NCBI RefSeq assembly: GCF_003428155.1
Contig: NZ_QLIR01000019.1
Coordinates: 1-31,241 of the forward strand
Length of the DNA: 31,241 bases
Direction: 5' to 3'
Origin: Fastidiosibacter lacustris
GTDB taxonomy: Bacteria > Pseudomonadota > Gammaproteobacteria > Francisellales > Francisellaceae
The translations under genes and the position numbers were made by a program. Shown here piece after piece: positions 26,701 to 31,241 of the stretch; position 1 is the stretch's first letter, and the number at the start of each line of letters is the position of its first letter. The notes below the pieces were generated by a model. That model did no database searches. It worked only from the letters and a program-made list of their open reading frames with translations, and was not told where the DNA came from.

Positions 26701-29597
26701 AACGCCACGCCATTTAATGCCTCATTACTTAATTTTTCCACCAAGGCATAAATCTCTTTATTCTTATATAATGGAACTCTTAAACCAGATTCATTGGTAT
26801 ACTTAAAATCTTTATTTAATACAATACTATATTCATCTTGTCCTTGATATTTCCAAATCGGTCTCTTTGTATCATTTGATATATTAGAAACTATGCTTTG
26901 TGAGATGCTAACAGTACGTACTTTACACCTTGTATACAATGGTTGCCATGCACTTATATCGGAGCCTATCTTAAATTCAGGAGATTTCAAAGGATCAAAA
27001 CACAATGATAACTCTTGCACTCCATTTACTACAGGCATCAACTCCTCAGTCGGTTCTAGTATATAACTGATTTTCTGCTCACGATAACCATCGTTAAGAT
27101 TTACCACACTCTTGCCATCTGCTTGTTGGATAACAACTAATTCTCCTTCTGCATTATAAAAATAGCGACTGACTTGTGGATGCGATTTGCCCTCTTCATC
27201 ATAATAATATTGGACTTCTGTACTCAATTGCCCTGCGCTATTGTAGTGACTCTCTGCAGTAACATAGTAAAATGAACGATCTATTGCTTGAGTTTCCACT
27301 TTGACAACTCGGTTTTCCTGATCATAATACGTCCTTGTGCTATATCCTATATTACCTGTCGTTGGTGTAACCACCGTCGTTGTCAATACATAACCTGCTT
27401 CGTTTGGATTGTTATTAATCATGTATTTATAGCGATAAACTTGCTTATATTGTGCTTGATTACTGGGTAGATATGTAATTTGCGTAACCCGTCCTAATGC
27501 ATCATAATTATCATAAATCAATACATCATTATTTAAGGGATTCACCACCTTAATCAAGCCACCATAACGATTGTAAATCCTATGTTCACTTTCCACTCTA
27601 GTTGGTGCTAAGTCTTTGGTATCATCTTCAGCAGATGTTTGTATAGTGTAAACCTCATAATTACCATCTTCAGTTTTATTCATTACTAACTCTTTCTTAA
27701 TATAGGGATTGGAGCCTTGTATTAATTCTGTCGCTGCTTTTATCTTTCCATACAACACACTGTTTTTATCTATATCAAGAGATATACGATTACCATTTGT
27801 TTTTTGCCCGTTTAAACTCGAAATCGTCTCACTCATATAGGGCATTTTTACTCGATAAGCTTTATCCTTAACCTTTACACTACTCTCTAACCACGACAAT
27901 CCTAGACTATCCATCTTAGCCTCATCTTGTGAGCCATAGCGATACATCCTTTGTGATTTTATAAGACTATATGTCCCTGTCTCTATTTCAGGGTAGTACT
28001 CAAGCTCTATTTGATTGCCATAACCATCTATCGCTTCCTTCATTGCACCCAAATAAGCACCACTACCTACATCTTCTTTTACATAATAGCGATACTGACC
28101 TATCATTTGTCTTGGCAATACGTCTTTACCTATCTCATCATAGGTTAAGTAATTCACCTCAATAGGCTTATTGTAAATATCCGATAAATCACTAAAACTC
28201 TTTGCCTTCTTAATACTCTCAGGATAAATTAATTTCTGTTCTGTTAGTCTTTTATCCCCGACATCCAGACTCATCCCAGTTGACAAATGCAGATAATTAT
28301 AACTATTTTTCATCACCATCTGCTGCCAATCTATCCCCTTACCGCTAAATACAGGCACTTTGCTTTCTATCCACGTCGTGTAACCATATACCCCATTTTG
28401 ATGCTCCGAACCACACTCTAACATCCAGTCTTGCAAAGGATTTAATGACTCAAATATCTGCTTTGAACACCATATTCCATTTCCTGCAAAATTATGCCCA
28501 TCTTGGGATACACTATAGTGATATACTCCATCTTCACTGTATCGATTGCCCAACTTCTTCACAAACTGACTCACATAACTATTGTTATATAAAATAGGTG
28601 TTGTTAAGCCATCTATCACATACGACACTTGTGAGAGTTTTGCATAATCAAAATGGTAAATTGCTCCAGTTGGAAACAATACATCTACCAACGTCGTTTC
28701 ATCTTGATAATTTAAACTTAGCGTTTGATTCAGCGGATTGATTAATTTAACACGTTCTCTATTTTCATTTACAATATGAAACTCCTGTAACTCTCCTAAT
28801 GGATTAAGATAAGTGATCATTACTTCACTTGGCATTTTTAATACTTGAACCATGACCTCATTATCATGGTTTAATATCTCAACTCCACCATCTGGCGTAT
28901 ACTGAAAACTTATTCTATCTCCCGTATTATTAACAATAGCTGTTGCAGGATATAGGAAATTCCACTGATTGCTTTCCTCAAAAAAATAATGACTGCCATC
29001 CTCTTCAATCAATTGTATTCTTTTATCGTCTAAAAAGATCAGTTTTGCTTTCTCTAACTTAGTATAATAAAACCCTCCTACTTTATTGCCATTTTCATCT
29101 TGCTTAACCTCAAATGAATATTGGTTATGTCCCATATTTAAACGATAATATTTCTTACCATCTTCACCTGTTAAGACTTGGATATATGGAATATTTAAGG
29201 CTAAGTCCTTATCTACAAACAAGCGGTTTAAAGGATTATAGGCGTTATCATTTGTAAGCATCAGACCAAAATTTAGCGTCGAAACAGGTTTACTAAGTAT
29301 TTTCACGATTTCATTTGAAAAAACTAACTTTAACGTTGTAGGATTAACAGATAAGGTCACTGGTAAATTTGCATTACCTGCTAATGACTGAAAACTATTC
29401 CCATTATTCGCCTGTGAGAAATTTTGTAATAAATTTAACACCTCTTTATTATCAGAAAAAGTAGTGGCATTAACCTTTGCATTTTTTTCACTTTCTCTTA
29501 CTTCTGCTCTTAAGACTTGCCCATATGCAGGCTCAAGTACATATGTCAACAGATATACCAGACTTATCATCGTACCTATTGTTTTTTTCATAATCAT
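23718..29597 (-). CDS. Sec-signal-bearing RHS/YD-repeat protein with unassigned C-terminal tip
   Basis: 1959 aa. Leader MIMKKTIGTMISLVYLLTYVLEPAYG, YD repeats, RHS core end YRAYNPELRVFMKHDSWSPWGSGGVNGYSYAGNDPINAFDPTGH. Strong AAAGGAGG upstream of the ATG. Clear paralog of the 15947..21679 gene. Confidence 0.93.
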   Translation of the reverse strand: MIMKKTIGTMISLVYLLTYVLEPAYGQVLRAEVRESEKNAKVNATTFSDNKEVLNLLQNFSQANNGNSFQSLAGNANLPVTLSVNPTTLKLVFSNEIVKILSKPVSTLNFGLMLTNDNAYNPLNRLFVDKDLALNIPYIQVLTGEDGKKYYRLNMGHNQYSFEVKQDENGNKVGGFYYTKLEKAKLIFLDDKRIQLIEEDGSHYFFEESNQWNFLYPATAIVNNTGDRISFQYTPDGGVEILNHDNEVMVQVLKMPSEVMITYLNPLGELQEFHIVNENRERVKLINPLNQTLSLNYQDETTLVDVLFPTGAIYHFDYAKLSQVSYVIDGLTTPILYNNSYVSQFVKKLGNRYSEDGVYHYSVSQDGHNFAGNGIWCSKQIFESLNPLQDWMLECGSEHQNGVYGYTTWIESKVPVFSGKGIDWQQMVMKNSYNYLHLSTGMSLDVGDKRLTEQKLIYPESIKKAKSFSDLSDIYNKPIEVNYLTYDEIGKDVLPRQMIGQYRYYVKEDVGSGAYLGAMKEAIDGYGNQIELEYYPEIETGTYSLIKSQRMYRYGSQDEAKMDSLGLSWLESSVKVKDKAYRVKMPYMSETISSLNGQKTNGNRISLDIDKNSVLYGKIKAATELIQGSNPYIKKELVMNKTEDGNYEVYTIQTSAEDDTKDLAPTRVESEHRIYNRYGGLIKVVNPLNNDVLIYDNYDALGRVTQITYLPSNQAQYKQVYRYKYMINNNPNEAGYVLTTTVVTPTTGNIGYSTRTYYDQENRVVKVETQAIDRSFYYVTAESHYNSAGQLSTEVQYYYDEEGKSHPQVSRYFYNAEGELVVIQQADGKSVVNLNDGYREQKISYILEPTEELMPVVNGVQELSLCFDPLKSPEFKIGSDISAWQPLYTRCKVRTVSISQSIVSNISNDTKRPIWKYQGQDEYSIVLNKDFKYTNESGLRVPLYKNKEIYALVEKLSNEALNGVALDRKNLIELSEQVRRDCLSGNCQALSFNTTRLNDLQLPEKQRDLVNGWAVEYIYDTKDQTKLIAEVKLYKNNNHEEQALSTTYYDYDNYGHVIKVKVAKGGYNSEIAAGRQSNDVYHIGERTYTSLGYLLSSTSLINEIGQNSTFGYDKLTGLPIWMKDAEGNGIKIYYENEIWKLRPSKVVYEGKIFEDGFVIYYSYNANGDIAKIRKDDHLGHLISEISYDYHTVTLELTNIKMSYPDGSMRKLTFNYNGYETLVQKTYNKEDGFIWQQSYKSNHLGLPIKVTYSGQVNSTIMVDYQTDLLERAVSYNDKVGRIFNYDSLGRLIGIDNVLNAIKMRSYAYDYNRLGQKAQRTSWTEDDESSNLVKTVQRYDYTPLGQLSVFSCEGAECPKAQGNIISKEQYSYDDVLNKLLEVKREFGDSNTDITRYFYANPDPTQVSKVESQTITTLLQYDKNGNVIAMDKEKKDGTKEAHTLRYDAAQNLIELKTDSKVIRYVYDMFGRQIEESVTDVKAKTDKKQVNYYLSGLMEQKIGVDSRYYVGDGSLYKGEYERVITDGFNITGNVKNNVIEGNFVYTPFGEQTDSQIASLYQAQQLALSVQKSNLGYRMINTDRETNWQFLGEGYRAYNPELRVFMKHDSWSPWGSGGVNGYSYAGNDPINAFDPTGHVTEGDQKKITTAIDLFISTWQAAAIVGGLSLVIGTIIAFIPGVNLIAGLIIGFVAEVAVGFLATWGLMGWGVAKDQVGAFIGAAFLNAAIGFTFIAGALLLSRLYFVVKYIPKGNRMAAFRSIKKLPSNKVIKAKGLEVESKLKNDIGSLLERDPTTVQGTMIDNVNQGRQSIIRQNSVRQSQSLKVNEGEVMNEKVTNQEYEKLRIFPEDSMEDALHKISNVGDKMSKLKGHGFLGEGESALSKQLADINEDNISILLTESSKNQRFGMFWRVKFKDINSDYKFSTGATIQNIQNDLPIKLGGEGRCAAMICSKIRGHIDDYLEQ
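23721..24317 (-). other. Divergent C-terminal tip of the 1959-aa RHS protein, unknown activity
   Basis: About 199 aa from SNKVIKAKGLEVESKLKNDIG to GGEGRCAAMICSKIRGHIDDYLEQ. No similarity visible to the tip of the paralogous RHS protein. Confidence 0.65.
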
Positions 29598-29971
29598 AAT
29601 TTAAGTCCTCCTTTCATTCATAAATTAGATTTTTTAAACTCTAGAATTCTACTTCGAGTTACACTTAAGTTTTCTGAAACACAGCAATCTTATTTTCCTT
29701 ATTATTTATAGTTGTTTGAGATAGTTTGTTCCTAATATCGTTGTCATAGTAAGTATAGATCATATAATTTCATAATTTCTGATATAGGTCATAGATATCC
29801 TCATCACTTCTTATAAATCATCTTTAATACTATAAAGTTATATTTTTTATACAAAAATAATAGATTATTTAGATTGAAATTTAATTATAATTAGGTTGTT
29901 TTGAGTATTAGATACTCTATTTGATATTTTAAGCTTGACTAAGAGTCTATTCAAAGTCTGTTCAAAGTTTT

Positions 29972-30082
29972 TTATAATGAGAAACCCATTACTTTGCATG
30001 CTTTGGAAATATTTCCTAATTCCTCTGCTAAATTTAACAAACCGACTTTATTTTTGATGAATTTATTATTAGTATCCAACAT
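29972..30082 (-). pseudogene. Truncated N-terminus of an IS481-family-like transposase
   Basis: MLDTNNKFIKNKVGLLNLAEELGNISKACKVMGFSL*. The 'KVGLLNLAEELGNxSKACKVMG' segment is typical of an IS481-type N-terminus and is cut off after 36 aa. Confidence 0.8.
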
Positions 30083-30141
30083 GAGGTTGCTCCTGTTTTT
30101 GATTTATTTTGTTTCACGTTTATCAAAACAGGCAACCTCAT
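30081..30141. promoter_or_regulatory. Imperfect inverted repeat spanning the RBS/start region of the IS481 remnant
   Basis: Arm 30081..30103 (ATGAGGTTGCTCCTGTTTTTGAT) pairs with arm 30122..30141 (ATCAAAACAGGCAACCTCAT). The minus-strand GGAG and start-codon region lie in one arm. Confidence 0.6.
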
Positions 30142-30198
30142 CTAAGTCAAGATGAATGTCAGATTATATCTAGACTAATACATATTAGATATGTTAAC

Positions 30199-30242
30199 AC
30201 CAAGGGATTTTGTCGTACGTTAATTACCAAGGGAAATTGTCG
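30199..30242 (+). repeat. Two direct repeats near the left end of the ISNCY/IS1202-like element
   Basis: ACCAAGGGATTTTGTCG (30199..30215) and ACCAAGGGAAATTGTCG (30226..30242): 15/17 identical, 27-nt periodicity. Confidence 0.65.
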
Positions 30243-30302
30243 GATCCAACTAAATTAGTGATCTCCTAAAATCATATATTTATGGCTTAGGAGATTCTTA
30301 GG

Positions 30303-31241
30303 ATGATAATGATGGATTCAAAAGCGCAGCTTACCATAGATATAATTGTTAAAGTAGCTCATGGTAAAATCTCAATCAATAATGCGACCAAGATTTTGAA
30401 CTGTTCTAAACGAACGATAGAGCGATATCTTAGTCGTTATCAAAAAATAGGCATACAATTTGTTATTCATGGTAATACAGGCAAATCCCCTCCTAATAAA
30501 ATTGATAACACATTAAAGAAAAAAGTGCAGCAGCTTATACAAGACAAGTATTATGATGCAAATTTGCAACATCTGGCTGAATTGCTATCTAAGCATGAGG
30601 CAATCACAATAAAACGTGAAACTTTGCGGACTTGGGCCCATGAAATTCACCATGTCAAACGTGCCAAAAACCATAGAAGTAAAGCACGTAAAAAGCGCGA
30701 TAGAATGACATCAGCAGGCTTGTTGTTGCAAATGGATGGAAGCCTTCACCGCTGGTTTGGTGATGAGAAAACTTGTTTGATTGCCATCATAGATGATGCC
30801 ACAAGTGAGCTCTATGCTCAGTTCTTTCCATCTGAAACTACCCAAGGTTGCTTAAAAGTTTTGTATAATATAATCAAACAAAATGGAATATTTAAAACAT
30901 TATATGTTGACCGGGCTGGTATATTTGGTGGTCCTAAGCGGTGTTATTTTTCGCAAGTACAAAGAGCATGTGAAGAATTGGGTATTGAAATTATATTTGC
31001 TCATTCCCCTCAGGGAAAAGGTCGTATAGAACGCGCCTTTGATACCCTTCAGGATCGTTTAGTTCCAGAGCTTCGACTAAATAATATCCATGAAATTCAT
31101 CAAGCTAATTACTATTTACAAAGAGTATTCATCCCAGAAGTGTGGCAGAAGAAGTTTGTAGTACAACCCCAAGTGCCCAGCAATGAATTTACTGCTGTGC
31201 CTAAGCACATAAACCTTGATGATATCTGCCTTATTAAGGAA
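30303..31241 (+). mobile_element. ISNCY-family (IS1202-like) transposase, truncated by the window edge
   Basis: Open frame from ATG 30303 to the last base, absent from the ORF track: MIMMDSKAQLTIDIIVKVAHGKISINNATKILNCSKRTIERYLSRYQK...LQMDGSLHRWFGDEKTCLIAIIDDATSELYAQFFPSETTQG...HSPQGKGRIERAFDTLQDRLVPELRL. Shows HTH and DDE-type rve motifs. Confidence 0.9.

Noticed and set aside
15947-29597. Classifying the locus as a T6SS Rhs effector or Tc toxin
   Set aside because: I see no PAAR, VgrG, EagR-type chaperone, TcA or SpvB-like sequence, and both RHS proteins start with signal peptides. Such components elsewhere in the genome cannot be excluded.
27288-29711. Plus-strand small ORFs 27288..27470, 27971..28165 and 29517..29711
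   Set aside because: Antisense to YD-repeat or signal-peptide coding sequence. The last extends only slightly into the upstream region and has no recognisable feature.

Overview
AT-rich gammaproteobacterial window, possibly Francisella/Fastidiosibacter/Legionella-like (inference only). The left ~16 kb is ordinary chromosomal housekeeping DNA: yggX, two overlapping FUSC-like membrane genes, hexR, uvrC, uvrY, rnd, a LysM/LytM lipoprotein, obgE, dnaX, pheA, a GST-family gene, a disrupted DUF3301 gene, ubiX and DUF475. The right half is a tightly spaced minus-strand locus: a 1959-aa signal-peptide-bearing RHS/YD-repeat protein, a 662-aa secreted protein I cannot assign to a family, and a second 1910-aa signal-peptide-bearing RHS protein. 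The two RHS proteins share their body, a Cys-containing insertion and a hydrophobic module after the core, then diverge into different C-terminal tips. One tip carries protein-kinase-like motifs; the other is unassigned. No immunity-like gene follows either tip, and no PAAR, VgrG or toxin-complex-like gene is visible. Upstream of the operon are an IS481-type transposase remnant and an ISNCY/IS1202-like transposase that runs off the right edge and is missing from the ORF track. Other observations: an in-frame TAA in a recognisable DUF3301 gene, an A8 slippery run in dnaX whose -1 frame stops immediately, and a 40-bp near-perfect palindrome between dnaX and pheA.
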